The notes under the pieces: model-generated
Database searches by the model: none
Told to the model about the DNA's origin: nothing
What the model saw: only the letters and a program-made list of their open reading frames with translations
Made by a program: the position numbers and the translations under genes
Virus record (IMG/VR): IMGVR_UViG_3300027861_000001
Span: 64,001 to 128,000 of that record
DNA: 64,000 nt
Direction: 5' to 3' (one strand)
Origin: a virus
In this document: piece after piece, positions 41,511-52,593 of the stretch
Layout of the letters: each line of letters begins with the position of its first letter
Numbering within the stretch: position 1 is the first letter of the stretch

Positions 41511-44500
41511 TTACCTCGAATTTGTTAAACTCTTACCCCTACTTTTTTGACCAGCCCTTGAAGTTAAATTAAAGTTATCAGGATCACCAACTAACATTGC
41601 TTTCATATTAGTAAGAAGCTGACCCATCTTAACGTTAAGATTATCCATTTGCCCCTCTATACTAATTAATGTACCATTACTTTGAGTTAGAATGTTATCC
41701 GTAGAACTAGTATCAACAATTAAAGGAGCACCAGGTTCTGTTCCTAACATAGGTGTTGTTGGTTGAGCTTGTAGTGGTTGAGACATTGGTACACCAGCCA
41801 ACATTTGATTAGTCATATTAGGAATTAAAGCAGCTTGAGTTTCATTCCACCAAGCACGTTTACCAACGTGATAACCTGTAGGAACATTATACTCAACTTC
41901 AACCATAGCTTGAGTATTTTTTTCTATTTCTCCTGTTAGTGCATTAAGCGCAAACGTGTTAGCTTCTTCACTATAAATAGCATTTTTATCAAGACTAGGA
42001 TCATAGAAAGAAAAGACACCTTTTTCTGTTTTACCAAACAACTGAGCAATTCCAAGTAAAGATTGATATCTTTGTCCCCATTTAGAACTAGAGTCTGTAA
42101 GCCCTTGTTGTATCTTATTAATTATATCAAGAGGTTTACTTTGAATATCACCCCAATTGATAAAGGAAGTTACCCTTTTAACTGCCCCCTGAGCTATAAG
42201 GTTAACATTTTCTAGTTTTACTAAGTCATCACTAAGTGTAGAAACTGTCTTTATTATCTCGTTTAACGAAGCCAGAGTTTCCGCATCGTTGGTAAGTTCC
42301 AACTTTTTGTTTAGGTGTTCTAAAACATCACCAAGATTTTCTTGTGTTATCTCGCCAAACACATCTGGGAGAAACCCTTTAGCATCTTTTGCTTGTTGAC
42401 CGGTTATAAATGAATTCCAGCTTGTGTTAAATGTAGTAATCGTTCCTGTAACACTTTGTAATTCCTCTAGCAGTTCAGGAGCATATTTTTTTACTTGCAA
42501 AAACTGTTCTAGAGGAATAGCTTCACCTAAAGCAGTATATTCTTCACCCAACCTTGACACTTCTTCTAAATGTGTAGCATATGATAAAGCAAGACCACCA
42601 TAAACGTCCTTTAACATTTCAAAGTCTTCGGCAGACATGGTTGATCTACCCTCTAAAAGTTCTTGCATTAACTCTCTTTCTATTGCTAATAAGCTCTTAC
42701 CACCAGTAGTTATTCCACCAACCTCTGAAGCAATTACACCAGGATATGTAGTGGAAAGACCAATCTGTCCGGCTTGCATTGATTCACCTAATTTACCAGT
42801 CATAAGACCAAACGGTGCTCTGAAGTCAAGGTTAGCTACTGACGATAAAATTTGGAACATTTTTTCAGTTCCTACTATTTGTCGTTCAGTATACTCAACA
42901 TTTCTTTCTAAAATAGAGCTAACTTCTGCTTGGATTACAGCATACGCATTACCAGCTACCGTTACAGCTTTTTGAGTTTCAGCATACTCCTCAGCCCACT
43001 CTACAGCTAATCTATAGGTTTCAGCATCTTCTTTATATCTATCAGGAACTATTCCACCTTCATCAGTTAAGGCTTTTAATCCTCTCATAGCCGCAACAGT
43101 CCACTGAACTTCATCGCTTATGTTCTGCCACTCAACAAAACCATGTTTAGTTGCTTCGTTTAGTTCTTCTTGGCTTATTAAACCTAACTCTCTTGCTCTC
43201 TCAAGCTCAGGTAATGCACCAAGACCTTCTTTCCACGCTTTTTTTGCTTCATAGTTTTGTTTAAGAAGCTCAGCCGAATGTTGTATTTCTCGTGGAGCAA
43301 AATATTCAGCATATTTAGCTTGTCTACCACTACCAATTTTAGGATATTCTTTCTTAGCTTCTTTCCTTAATTCCTTTATTTGCTCTTCTACAGTAAATAC
43401 ACTACCTTCGTCTACATCAGTAGGATGATAAACTTCTTGTATAATCTCTTGAACTTTAGTAGCAAAATCGGTAGAGACATCATCAAATATGTTCTTAAAC
43501 ATACCCTTCATTTTGTCTTCTGAAGATATCATACTTTTAACAATGGTATCCGCAATAAATCCACCAACTGCACCACCAGCAGCCATTCCTATAGGGCCTC
43601 CTAGAGCTAATCCAACACCACCACCAAGTCCCATTCCTGCCGATTGCCAACCACCCATACCAAGTCCTTGTCCTACCATACCGAGCATCATACCACCCAT
43701 CATACCACCACCAGCGCCAGCACCACTAGTACCCCAACTAGCAGCACCTCTACCTACTCCTGCCCATGCTTGTTTAGGTCCACTCCAATCCCAACCTCTT
43801 GGGCTGTACCAAGCACCACCAGTTGCCGGTGCGGGTGGAACAGCTGATACTCTTCTCGTCATAGCTTCTCTATACCCGCGCGGGTCTTTTGGGTCAAGAA
43901 CTAGAGTCTGTAATGCTGGAGTAGCTGCTCTACCAGCAAAAGCTGGTCTAGCAGTATCCCTAACCGGTAAAAATCGTCCAAAACCTTGTCGCATAGCTTG
44001 CATCCGTGTAGTACCAACCGATGCTGTTGTCACTAATGCTAATCTATTTTGCGCTGCTGTTAAGTTAACTGCTGCCATTTGTTGATTAGCTGTTGCTTTT
44101 AGTAATCCATTTTTTAATACTATTTCACGTCTTGTTAAAGAGGCCATTCTGTTAGTGTTTGTAGTAAGTAACTGATCAGAACGAACTCTAGCTAGATTAG
44201 CACTAGTCCTTTGTTGTTGTTGCTTAGCAAAAGCTGCTCTATTGGCAGCATCAGATACACCTAGCTTAGCAGCTGAAATTTGAGCACCCGAACCCCTCAA
44301 AGAAGCGGCTGGAACACCAGCAAACCCGGCAATACTAGCATCCATCATAGGTAGTTTTCTAGCAACACCAGCCAAACCACCTAACCAACCTCCTGCCGCT
44401 TTAGCTATCTTTAATCCAACAAATGCTGCTGCTAATATAGTTAATGTTTTGGCTAGAGTTAGTAATGGGCCATTTATACCAGATATCTTATCAAAAACAG

Positions 44501-45704
44501 TAGCTAATCCTTGCATCATGTTTGTCAAAGAACCAATTGCACCAGACTCTTTACCAATAGTCATAAGAGCTTTATTTTGAGCAGCTGTAAATTTGTCCCA
44601 AGTATTCGCCAAAGTATTAACAATTTTTGCATTAGCATCAATAGCTTGTCCATTAGCATTAGCAGAAATAGTAGACGTTGCTATTGCTTGATCAAAGTTA
44701 TTTAACAAAGCAATAAATTGAGCATACCTTCTCTGCCCTGCACCAGCTGCTTTTGCTATTTCTAACCATGCAGACTCGTCCAACACATCTTGTTGTTTCA
44801 TCGCTGATAGTTGAGACATAATGTCCCAATAGTTCCTTACTTCCCCAGCAGAGTCTCTAACAGCCACACCAAATCGTGACAATGTTTTTATAGACTCTTG
44901 GTTATATAAAGTAGACATCAATGCTCGAATCGCATTACCAACTTCTACTGGACCTAATGTTACAGCCTCACTTAAAGCTGCAACAAGACCGTTAACTTGG
45001 TCAACATTTAATCCTGCTGAAGCCGCAGCACCTGACATTATAGCAAAACCCTGTGCTAAATCATTAACAGATGTTGCTGCGTTCTGCGAAACAGCTACCC
45101 ACTTATCAAGCAGCATCATACCTTGGTCTAACTCCAACCCCGTCTGTCGTAAAGAACCAACTAAGATATCCATAGATTGTGAGTAATCCATTCCAGTAAT
45201 ATTAGCCAAAATAGAAGAATCACGTAACATTACAGTTGCTGTAGCCAGTCTCTTCGTCTCATTAGTAAGACTAGCTGTAGCTCGTAAAGCTAAATCCATA
45301 CCCCTTAAGGTTCTTTCAATGGGCATACCAAATTCAATCGCCACGTCAGCTACTTGTTTGAAGTATGTATAAAGTTCATCACCTACTTTTCCAGTAGTGA
45401 TGCTTATTCTTGCTAATGAAAGTTCTAAGTCTTTCCAAACTTCTACAGTTTCTGCAAGCTTCTTAAATACTCCATAAACACCGAAAATCGCTGCTTGCCA
45501 AATAAGAACTTTCTTAGTAGCAATAGCAGCTTGGTTACCAAAATTTTCTAGTGTTATAGCACCACGAACACCTTCAGAACTAAAATTCATCATAGCTCTG
45601 TTTGTATGTCCCACAGCAGTACCCATAGATTGTATACCGCTGGTTGTTGCTGCTAATTGTTGCCCATACCCTTGGCTGGTAATTGGACCTGTAGTATATG
45701 CCAT
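41511..45704 (-). CDS. Tail tape measure protein
   Basis: 1397 aa, Ala/Gly-rich, TP901-type core (SVNDLAQG...VGNAIRAL...AGQRRY), Gly-rich hydrophobic segment. Confidence 0.92.
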   Translation of the reverse strand: MAYTTGPITSQGYGQQLAATTSGIQSMGTAVGHTNRAMMNFSSEGVRGAITLENFGNQAAIATKKVLIWQAAIFGVYGVFKKLAETVEVWKDLELSLARISITTGKVGDELYTYFKQVADVAIEFGMPIERTLRGMDLALRATASLTNETKRLATATVMLRDSSILANITGMDYSQSMDILVGSLRQTGLELDQGMMLLDKWVAVSQNAATSVNDLAQGFAIMSGAAASAGLNVDQVNGLVAALSEAVTLGPVEVGNAIRALMSTLYNQESIKTLSRFGVAVRDSAGEVRNYWDIMSQLSAMKQQDVLDESAWLEIAKAAGAGQRRYAQFIALLNNFDQAIATSTISANANGQAIDANAKIVNTLANTWDKFTAAQNKALMTIGKESGAIGSLTNMMQGLATVFDKISGINGPLLTLAKTLTILAAAFVGLKIAKAAGGWLGGLAGVARKLPMMDASIAGFAGVPAASLRGSGAQISAAKLGVSDAANRAAFAKQQQQRTSANLARVRSDQLLTTNTNRMASLTRREIVLKNGLLKATANQQMAAVNLTAAQNRLALVTTASVGTTRMQAMRQGFGRFLPVRDTARPAFAGRAATPALQTLVLDPKDPRGYREAMTRRVSAVPPAPATGGAWYSPRGWDWSGPKQAWAGVGRGAASWGTSGAGAGGGMMGGMMLGMVGQGLGMGGWQSAGMGLGGGVGLALGGPIGMAAGGAVGGFIADTIVKSMISSEDKMKGMFKNIFDDVSTDFATKVQEIIQEVYHPTDVDEGSVFTVEEQIKELRKEAKKEYPKIGSGRQAKYAEYFAPREIQHSAELLKQNYEAKKAWKEGLGALPELERARELGLISQEELNEATKHGFVEWQNISDEVQWTVAAMRGLKALTDEGGIVPDRYKEDAETYRLAVEWAEEYAETQKAVTVAGNAYAVIQAEVSSILERNVEYTERQIVGTEKMFQILSSVANLDFRAPFGLMTGKLGESMQAGQIGLSTTYPGVIASEVGGITTGGKSLLAIERELMQELLEGRSTMSAEDFEMLKDVYGGLALSYATHLEEVSRLGEEYTALGEAIPLEQFLQVKKYAPELLEELQSVTGTITTFNTSWNSFITGQQAKDAKGFLPDVFGEITQENLGDVLEHLNKKLELTNDAETLASLNEIIKTVSTLSDDLVKLENVNLIAQGAVKRVTSFINWGDIQSKPLDIINKIQQGLTDSSSKWGQRYQSLLGIAQLFGKTEKGVFSFYDPSLDKNAIYSEEANTFALNALTGEIEKNTQAMVEVEYNVPTGYHVGKRAWWNETQAALIPNMTNQMLAGVPMSQPLQAQPTTPMLGTEPGAPLIVDTSSTDNILTQSNGTLISIEGQMDNLNVKMGQLLTNMKAMLVGDPDNFNLTSRAGQKSRGKSLTNSR

Positions 45705-45717
45705 ATAAATTATACCT

Positions 45718-46010
45718 CTACTCTATACTGGATTCATCAGTAGGAATTACAAACTCTGTTTGTATATTGTCACCATAGACGCGATCAAACCATTCTGAAA
45801 TTTTTGAGGGTTTATCCCAAATACTTCTAGGAGGTCTTTTGTCCTCTGGTAATTCCATATAAGAGTCTATCTGTATTCTTCTCTTTATAACAAAAGATAC
45901 AGTATAAGGATACTCACTGACCCCGAAACCATCTAAAGATTTATGAAGCGGTTGTTCAAGCTTTCTGACAACGTGCCACCAACCAGTGAACACGCTGTCC
46001 TCAGCTAATT
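45718..46010 (-). CDS. Tail assembly chaperone C-terminal extension (-1 frameshift product)
   Basis: Open in the -1 frame from slippery A-AAA-AAT at 46008-46014. Confidence 0.75.
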
Positions 46011-46694
46011 TTTTAAGTCTTCACCCATAAGTTCTAGTTTGTTGTAGGCATCAGATAGTTGTGTTTTCAAATTAATGTTACTAGAAAGATACTCTTCAAA
46101 AGAATCAAACGCAAGCGTTTTATAGTTTGTATCTTTATATGTTCCTTTATAAATACAAAAATCTCTAAACATATTTGCAAACACTCTTGAACTCTCTATA
46201 TCAATTACTGCTGTAACATATAATTTCTTTATATCTTTTGCAGCATCTTTCTCCAGCTCTTTCCTTCTTTCTTTTGACCTTTTTTCCATGTAGTCCGTCA
46301 ATTGTTTTATACGAGATGTCTTTGCCTCATCTTGAGCAGCAGTATATTCTTCTTGTTCCTCTAGTGTTGGAGTATCTGACAACTCTGGTATAGCTACTTC
46401 CTTTATATGAAGCAACCCTTCCTCACTATAGCTAGGAGTCTCAGAAGCAACAACGCTATCAATCATGTCTTCTTTTTTCAAAGATTCCAAATCGATAAAT
46501 GAAGCCATATACTCTTCTGTGGTGTTGTCTCTCAGCTTCATTCGCTGTTCACGACTCTTTCTTAAAGCAACAGTTCTTGCTTCTTGATAATCTAAGTCAC
46601 CGACTACTCTTACATACACAGTAGCCTTTATATCATCTCTGTGCATAAGTTCGACCTTTGTTTTCCATCTAAAAAGATCAGCTAAATTACTCAT
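46005..46694 (-). CDS. Tail assembly chaperone
   Basis: Between tail tube and tape measure; ends LKN on a slippery site. Confidence 0.78.
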   Translation of the reverse strand: MSNLADLFRWKTKVELMHRDDIKATVYVRVVGDLDYQEARTVALRKSREQRMKLRDNTTEEYMASFIDLESLKKEDMIDSVVASETPSYSEEGLLHIKEVAIPELSDTPTLEEQEEYTAAQDEAKTSRIKQLTDYMEKRSKERRKELEKDAAKDIKKLYVTAVIDIESSRVFANMFRDFCIYKGTYKDTNYKTLAFDSFEEYLSSNINLKTQLSDAYNKLELMGEDLKN

Positions 46695-46712
46695 TTCCTT
46701 TCCTCTCTTTAC

Positions 46713-46761
46713 AAAAATAGGGGAACCCCAAGACATATAAATGCCAATTGAGGTTCCCCTT
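46713..46761 (-). terminator. Intrinsic terminator after the tail-tube gene
   Basis: AGGGGAACC...GGTTCCCCT-ATTTTT. Confidence 0.6.
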
Positions 46762-46819
46762 TATTAGTCGTTATACGACTGTTCCTTTTTTAACCTATTT
46801 AATTGTTAGTCTTTATCTA

Positions 46820-48016
46820 TTATGTAGGGCCATTACCGCTATACACAATACACTGTGAATCATCAGACGCGAAATTAAACGTTTGTGTCAGTTGTCCACC
46901 AACATTAGTAGTAGTTCCATCAGACGTAATCCTCATTGATGGGATAGTTACCGTCTTAAGGACTGTGGAGTTATCGGCTGGGTCTTTAACTTCAACCTGC
47001 AACTGCAAAGTACGAGTGTCATATTGATCAACACCATACTCTTCGTAAGCATCTCCATCTTTATCACCAGTTGTAAGCAAAGCCACAACTTCATTGTCTA
47101 CGTCTAATACACTAATATCACCTGTAACGTCAGGTGGTTCTGTTATGTAACCAACTAGAGAAGTATTTCCCATCTCCTTAATAGGAGTATTAGGGAACGA
47201 ACCTCGAATTGTTACACTTTGTACCCTATACTGAGTTTCCTTAGTATCGTCTGATGCAAAAATATAAACAGGAATGTTCTTACCTTTGATAGCTGCTGGA
47301 ACTGTACCATCTGAAATTTCACTCCAAGCCATAGTAGATGTACTTGAATGGTACACAACTAGTGTTTTATCCGCAGGGTCACCGTAACTACCGCTAACGG
47401 TAACTGTTGTACCAGCAATTGAACATTCTGGGCCTTCCTCAAGCCAATCACCAGCAATAATTACGCTAAGAGCGTAATCACCATTTCTTAATTGTTTTGG
47501 TGTTTCAGATAGCTCAAACTCATTAGAACCATCTAGTACACCAGAGTCAACCACGACGTCATTACTAAGGTATCTCTTTTCGCTACCCCCAACTGTGTAC
47601 TCTTCTGTACTCTCACCGTCAACTGAATAAGTAAAATTAAAGTCAGTAATTTGAGCATACTTTACGTGAATACACTTCAAATGCTGGGCAACATCTGCTT
47701 GCTTAATGTAAGCAATCAAGTCACAAAATCCAAGATTTACAACATCCACACCAGCACCAGGATATGCTTCATAATCTGTACCAGTCAAAACTGAATAAAT
47801 TCTGTGTGACACATCAAAAGCCTGAAATGTTGCTGTTACCTCTGGAATATCGGTAACAACACCAGCTCTTCCTGAGTTACCCAACTCATTAATAGTTGTG
47901 TTTGGAATGTTTACAGGTATATCAAGACGCTGAACACGATGTGCAAAAAAGTTGTCTACTGGACCTACAATCCTTAATTCTGTATCCTGATACGGAATCG
48001 CTACTCTTTTTGTCAT
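46820..48016 (-). CDS. Major tail (tube) protein
   Basis: Duplicated RVQ.....ELGN / RVQSV...EMGN tube domains; position. Confidence 0.75.
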   Translation of the reverse strand: MTKRVAIPYQDTELRIVGPVDNFFAHRVQRLDIPVNIPNTTINELGNSGRAGVVTDIPEVTATFQAFDVSHRIYSVLTGTDYEAYPGAGVDVVNLGFCDLIAYIKQADVAQHLKCIHVKYAQITDFNFTYSVDGESTEEYTVGGSEKRYLSNDVVVDSGVLDGSNEFELSETPKQLRNGDYALSVIIAGDWLEEGPECSIAGTTVTVSGSYGDPADKTLVVYHSSTSTMAWSEISDGTVPAAIKGKNIPVYIFASDDTKETQYRVQSVTIRGSFPNTPIKEMGNTSLVGYITEPPDVTGDISVLDVDNEVVALLTTGDKDGDAYEEYGVDQYDTRTLQLQVEVKDPADNSTVLKTVTIPSMRITSDGTTTNVGGQLTQTFNFASDDSQCIVYSGNGPT

Positions 48017-48143
48017 TCTACAACCCTCTTATTTATTTTCCCTCTCTCAATATACTAACATTACCTTTTCTACCTAAATAACCTTTTTTATTCCGCACCT
48101 TTTTTACCGAAAAAATTTCTCCTTCCCTGAGAGAGTATCTCCA

Positions 48144-48623
48144 TTATTGCGCTTTAGTAGACTTAGTACTAAAACTAACATTTACACGCCAATATTTATT
48201 TTTGTTTCCGAAACCAAACCCATACGTGGGTTTTAACGTTCTGTCCTCTGGACTTACATATTCAATAATTCTTAAGTCTACACCAATTATGCTTTTCCCT
48301 GTGTCAGCATTAAATCCAGAAGAATAATCTCTTATTGGAATGGCGTTATCTAACGCAGCATATAACAAGTCACCCAAGTCGTCACGTTGGGTATCTGTCG
48401 ATGCAAAAATATCTACAGACCAGTCTCTTTCGAACCAAGCTGCGCCAAGCTCACCACCTATTTCAGCCGTTAACTTATGTTCAATAGAAGCTGATGGAAC
48501 TATTAATGTTCCAGTTTCAATTTCATTATAAGGATAGCTATCAACAACGCTGGTTACATAGGAACCTATAATATTTTTCACAAAGAAATATACGCTTAAG
48601 TCTTCGTTTCTAAGTTTACCCAT
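48144..48623 (-). CDS. Tail terminator-like protein
   Basis: WSVDIFASTDTQRDDL; position. Confidence 0.6.
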   Translation of the reverse strand: MGKLRNEDLSVYFFVKNIIGSYVTSVVDSYPYNEIETGTLIVPSASIEHKLTAEIGGELGAAWFERDWSVDIFASTDTQRDDLGDLLYAALDNAIPIRDYSSGFNADTGKSIIGVDLRIIEYVSPEDRTLKPTYGFGFGNKNKYWRVNVSFSTKSTKAQ

Positions 48624-48626
48624 TAT

Positions 48627-48815
48627 CTACATACCCAAACCAACTCCGAGAAGTACACCACCAAGCGCAAATACCCAAGCAGTAATCTTCATAAGTATCA
48701 TCCAAATTGGTTCCTTATAAATAATTTCAAGAGCTACCGCACCTCCGGTAGCAACTGTTCCTCCAGCCATCAATATTATCCCCGCCAAGCAGAACGCTAC
48801 TTCTATTCCTGCCAT
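48627..48815 (-). CDS. Two-TM small membrane protein
   Basis: Hydrophobic 62 aa; AGGAG RBS. Confidence 0.65.
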   Translation of the reverse strand: MAGIEVAFCLAGIILMAGGTVATGGAVALEIIYKEPIWMILMKITAWVFALGGVLLGVGLGM

Positions 48816-48827
48816 TTTTTCTCCTTT

Positions 48828-49715
48828 CTATTTTGGAATTCTCCCTGTAAACCTTCTTATTAAATTACCAAGTCTATCAAATATTGCACCACGTCCCATC
48901 AATACATTCATTGAACCAAACTTAACTACCTTCTCACTACCAGCTATGACAAACACCATGTTTCCTTTTTTTGACTTCCACTGATAACCAAGGTGTCGTC
49001 TATCGTCTATGGTCATTACAGCAGCTTCAGTTTGTGCAAACCCTATTGTAACATTTATCAAAGCTAATAGTCTAGCCAACACTACACTTCGTTCAAAAGC
49101 TCTTAACATCTCTTTTTTGTAGGTGTGACCAAACGATCTTAATAAATGCTTTGATTGAAATCCGACTACTGGTTGAGAATTACCCCACTCAATCAGCTCC
49201 CAAAACGGTGCTATCTCTTCGTCTATCATAAGGCTACATTTAGCATCTGTCAACCGACTGTAGGTGTCATTTTTATCTCTACCTTGTAGAAAAGCAATAT
49301 ACATACCAGTAAATCCTTCAAGAGTACCTGCATAATCACGAACCCTGTTCTGAATTCTTTGTAAGTCAGCTAAGTCACCAAGCAACCTTAAATCAATATA
49401 CTTAGCTTGATAAAGACCAGACTCATCAATGTAAACACCTGTGTGCCCGTTTCTTGCAAAAGCAGACTCTAACACTTCCATGTAAATAGGTGAGTTACTG
49501 TACTCATGAATATCATACATTGCTTTTAGAAACTCTTCTTTTAATTGTTCGTTCAGTGTAAAAGCTGATATTTTTAGTTGTTGATAAATGATGGTAGAAA
49601 CTTCACCTAACATAAAGGCAATGTTTAGTGGTGAAACTACTAATCCAGCCGCAGCAATTACACCTGGCGGATTAAAAGCGACGATACTGTGTGTATGCAC
49701 TAATGATCTATTCAT
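48828..49715 (-). CDS. Putative neck / tail-completion protein
   Basis: APFWELIEWG motif; position. Confidence 0.5.
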   Translation of the reverse strand: MNRSLVHTHSIVAFNPPGVIAAAGLVVSPLNIAFMLGEVSTIIYQQLKISAFTLNEQLKEEFLKAMYDIHEYSNSPIYMEVLESAFARNGHTGVYIDESGLYQAKYIDLRLLGDLADLQRIQNRVRDYAGTLEGFTGMYIAFLQGRDKNDTYSRLTDAKCSLMIDEEIAPFWELIEWGNSQPVVGFQSKHLLRSFGHTYKKEMLRAFERSVVLARLLALINVTIGFAQTEAAVMTIDDRRHLGYQWKSKKGNMVFVIAGSEKVVKFGSMNVLMGRGAIFDRLGNLIRRFTGRIPK

Positions 49716-49938
49716 TTACTCCTTCAACACTTATACCAACCACTGTAAAAATACCACGAGTGAAAGAGTTCATGTTGTCCAACACTATCTTTCGTACTTT
49801 TTTAAACTGCTCTTGGTCTTGTATTTCCTCTTCTAATTCTCCCAAAGCAATCGCGCAATATTTCTTTTTCTTTTTGTCAATCATTCTTACAATTTCCAGT
49901 TCTGTAAGACCACCCTCTAATTCCTGTTTTCTTTCCAT
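49708..49938 (-). CDS. Hypothetical protein
   Basis: FKKVRKIVLDNMNSFTR. Confidence 0.7.
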   Translation of the reverse strand: MERKQELEGGLTELEIVRMIDKKKKKYCAIALGELEEEIQDQEQFKKVRKIVLDNMNSFTRGIFTVVGISVEGVNE

Positions 49939-49981
49939 AATTAATTCCTTACCTATTTTTAAGTTCCACAGCTCTTAACAT

Positions 49982-50434
49982 TTAACTCTTCTCAAACTCT
50001 GTACATAAGAAACGAATTCTGTCTCTAGTTGGTACTCCTCTGTATATTTTCTGCGTGGGATTAAGTTTTCTGGAATCAGCAATTATGTATTTTATACTTG
50101 ATATTTGGTCACTTGTTAAAACGTCTATGTCAATAGTAATTGAACAATCACCAACAAACGATTCACCCGCTGTGTCTTTGTCAGAGATGTCTTGGGAGTT
50201 CCACCTCACGTGTGCCGTAGTGGTTACCACGTCATCAGTAAATAGATAATATGCACCAGAACACTCGCTACACAACGAATTCAAACTCGTTTTATTAATT
50301 CCATCCAACAAATTAGCACCGGAACAAAGCGAACACTCAGTATATGATCCTTCTAAATAGAACGATACAGTTTGTCCAATTGCTGCTCTAATGCTGTCTT
50401 TAGTAGATTTTGTTGACGGAAATTCAATAGCCAC
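49982..50434 (-). CDS. Head-closure-like protein with Zn motif
   Basis: CSLC...CSECSG; position. Confidence 0.55.
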   Translation of the reverse strand: MAIEFPSTKSTKDSIRAAIGQTVSFYLEGSYTECSLCSGANLLDGINKTSLNSLCSECSGAYYLFTDDVVTTTAHVRWNSQDISDKDTAGESFVGDCSITIDIDVLTSDQISSIKYIIADSRKLNPTQKIYRGVPTRDRIRFLCTEFEKS

Positions 50435-50445
50435 GAAAAAACCTC

Positions 50446-51651
50446 TTATGACTCGTATTTTTGAGACGTTAAAGATGAATTAAGTGTTTCAACAACTAAC
50501 GAATCAAATTGGTTAGCAATATAATCCCACGTAAATTCTTCTCTTTGAGTATATTTATATGCTGTTTTAGCATATTCAGCTAGTTTTATTCTATCAAAAT
50601 ATAATTCGTCTAAAATCTCAACTAAGTGCTCTATACTAATTACCCCACCTTCTGTGTTAACACCACCAGTCAAAACGTCCCAGTGGTCAACATCAATTAG
50701 CGGAGCATACCCTGTCCACAATTCTTTACAAGCTGAATGGTTAGGAACAATTTGTGCAACACCACATGCTGCGCTTTCGAACGGGCTTAAACCAAACCCT
50801 TCACCCATCGATGTCATTACTTGTACATCAGCACAGTTATAAACTTTGCAAAGATTTTGAATTGTTACCCCTTCTGCTGCTGTCATGTCCGATTGATCAG
50901 TTATATATAACTTGTCGTCTATACCCCACCTTTGTGATAAAGAAACTAAGTTCCAACCAACATCATTTAAGACCCCATGATAATAAAAAGCAATATTTTT
51001 ACGGTCACTTGGACTCTTTCTTTCCAACCAAACCGACATTGCTTTCAAAAATAAATCTAAACGTTTTCTAGGTTGGTTTCTATTAACGTTCTGAACAATG
51101 AATAACTCGTCTGGAATATTCTGAAGAAGATGCCTAGCGTCTTCCATTGGATAAAACTCGTCAGTGTCTACTCCGTGACCAATAATTTTTATGCTGTGTG
51201 GATATACTTGCTCAATGGCTTTCTTTCCAAACTCAGTATACGCTGTTACTTGTGCACCAACCTCACGTATAACTCTTAACCATTCTTCCTGAACAGGTAA
51301 AGCGTCTACTGGAGAGTATATAATAACTTTTTGCCCTTCTGGCATGTGGCTTAAATACTCTTTAACAATCCACAAATCATTATTAATAATAATAACGTCT
51401 GGTTTCTCTTTACGTATGATCTCTTCTACCCTGTTAAACCCATACAAATTTCCAGTTGTTCTGGCTGGATAAATCCTAATTAACCCTTCATATCTATGTG
51501 GATCACCTATTGGATGGTTAATACCCAGCACAGAAATTTCATATTTACCTGTCCTAAGTAACCCTTCCAGCACTCCCTGAGAAACTCTCCCAAACCCCGT
51601 AGTTACGGCAGGCGAATCTCCGATCCAAAATAATTTTGTTTTGTTTCCCAT
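50446..51651 (-). CDS. GT-B (GT4-like) glycosyltransferase
   Basis: TGFGRV, HGVD, NRNQPRKR, EGFGLSPFESAACG. Confidence 0.9.
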   Translation of the reverse strand: MGNKTKLFWIGDSPAVTTGFGRVSQGVLEGLLRTGKYEISVLGINHPIGDPHRYEGLIRIYPARTTGNLYGFNRVEEIIRKEKPDVIIINNDLWIVKEYLSHMPEGQKVIIYSPVDALPVQEEWLRVIREVGAQVTAYTEFGKKAIEQVYPHSIKIIGHGVDTDEFYPMEDARHLLQNIPDELFIVQNVNRNQPRKRLDLFLKAMSVWLERKSPSDRKNIAFYYHGVLNDVGWNLVSLSQRWGIDDKLYITDQSDMTAAEGVTIQNLCKVYNCADVQVMTSMGEGFGLSPFESAACGVAQIVPNHSACKELWTGYAPLIDVDHWDVLTGGVNTEGGVISIEHLVEILDELYFDRIKLAEYAKTAYKYTQREEFTWDYIANQFDSLVVETLNSSLTSQKYES

Positions 51652-51728
51652 GTCCTCTCCTTTGCTATCCTTTTTTATCCTACATTCAAAATTAATACAC
51701 TTGACCAAGTTACTATAGTATCACCCAA

Positions 51729-51881
51729 CTAAACTGTCTTTACGGCACCAGTACTATCAACATCTACGACAGTCCATTTCTCACTAGAACTATCCCAACC
51801 CACTAAAACACAAATTTTTACATTTAAATTCTCAACTAAATCAGCTACTTCTTCTAAAGTATCAAATGTTCTTACTACCAT
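51729..51881 (-). CDS. 50-aa protein (not in ORF track)
   Basis: MVVRTFDTLEEVADLV...; AGGAG RBS. Confidence 0.55.
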   Translation of the reverse strand: MVVRTFDTLEEVADLVENLNVKICVLVGWDSSSEKWTVVDVDSTGAVKTV

Positions 51882-51891
51882 ATTATCTCTC

Positions 51892-52593
51892 CTACCAAGC
51901 TGTTTGCTTCGCTGTTACTATTATTGGAGCATGAAGTATCCTATCATCTTCCCCTACAAGAATAAGTGAATAACTAGCATTACCATGAAAGTTTACCGGT
52001 ATACAACTAAATCCTTGGTCAAACCATGACATCGGTTTATTATACACGAAGTGTATCATTTCAGCAGCACGAAGATGACCAGAGTAAAGTCCTCTAACAT
52101 TGTTTGTTAAATATTTATCACAACTACTGCTAGTTTTTATCCATATTGGGTGGTGTGAAAATATCAAATGAAATCTACCATCATAATTAAGACTTTCTTT
52201 CAACCATTTGTGTTGTTTCTTATCATAGTTTTCTAATGTCGCTCCCCAACCAACAGAGAACTTACTTCCTAAGTATGAGGTATCTAAGAAGTTTAAACAG
52301 TAATTCTTTATACTTTTTGATTTGTAAGTACTGTCTCCGAAATACTGAGTCCATAGCGTACCACAGTCGTGTTCGCCAGGGATAATAACTACCTCAGATT
52401 CAATTTTTTTAATAGATTTACTTGCAAGCTCGAACGATACCTCATCATCTTTATCATGAACAGTATCCCCTGCAATAATGACTAAATCTACTTCGTCTTT
52501 ATTTATTCTATCAACCATAAGGTCTAAATTATTTTTAAAAGGTTTGATATGCAAATCAGCAAGAAGTGCTAATTTAAATTTAATTTCATCCAT
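51892..52593 (-). CDS. Metallophosphoesterase
   Basis: DLH, GD, PGEHD, HHP, SGH. Confidence 0.85.
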   Translation of the reverse strand: MDEIKFKLALLADLHIKPFKNNLDLMVDRINKDEVDLVIIAGDTVHDKDDEVSFELASKSIKKIESEVVIIPGEHDCGTLWTQYFGDSTYKSKSIKNYCLNFLDTSYLGSKFSVGWGATLENYDKKQHKWLKESLNYDGRFHLIFSHHPIWIKTSSSCDKYLTNNVRGLYSGHLRAAEMIHFVYNKPMSWFDQGFSCIPVNFHGNASYSLILVGEDDRILHAPIIVTAKQTAW

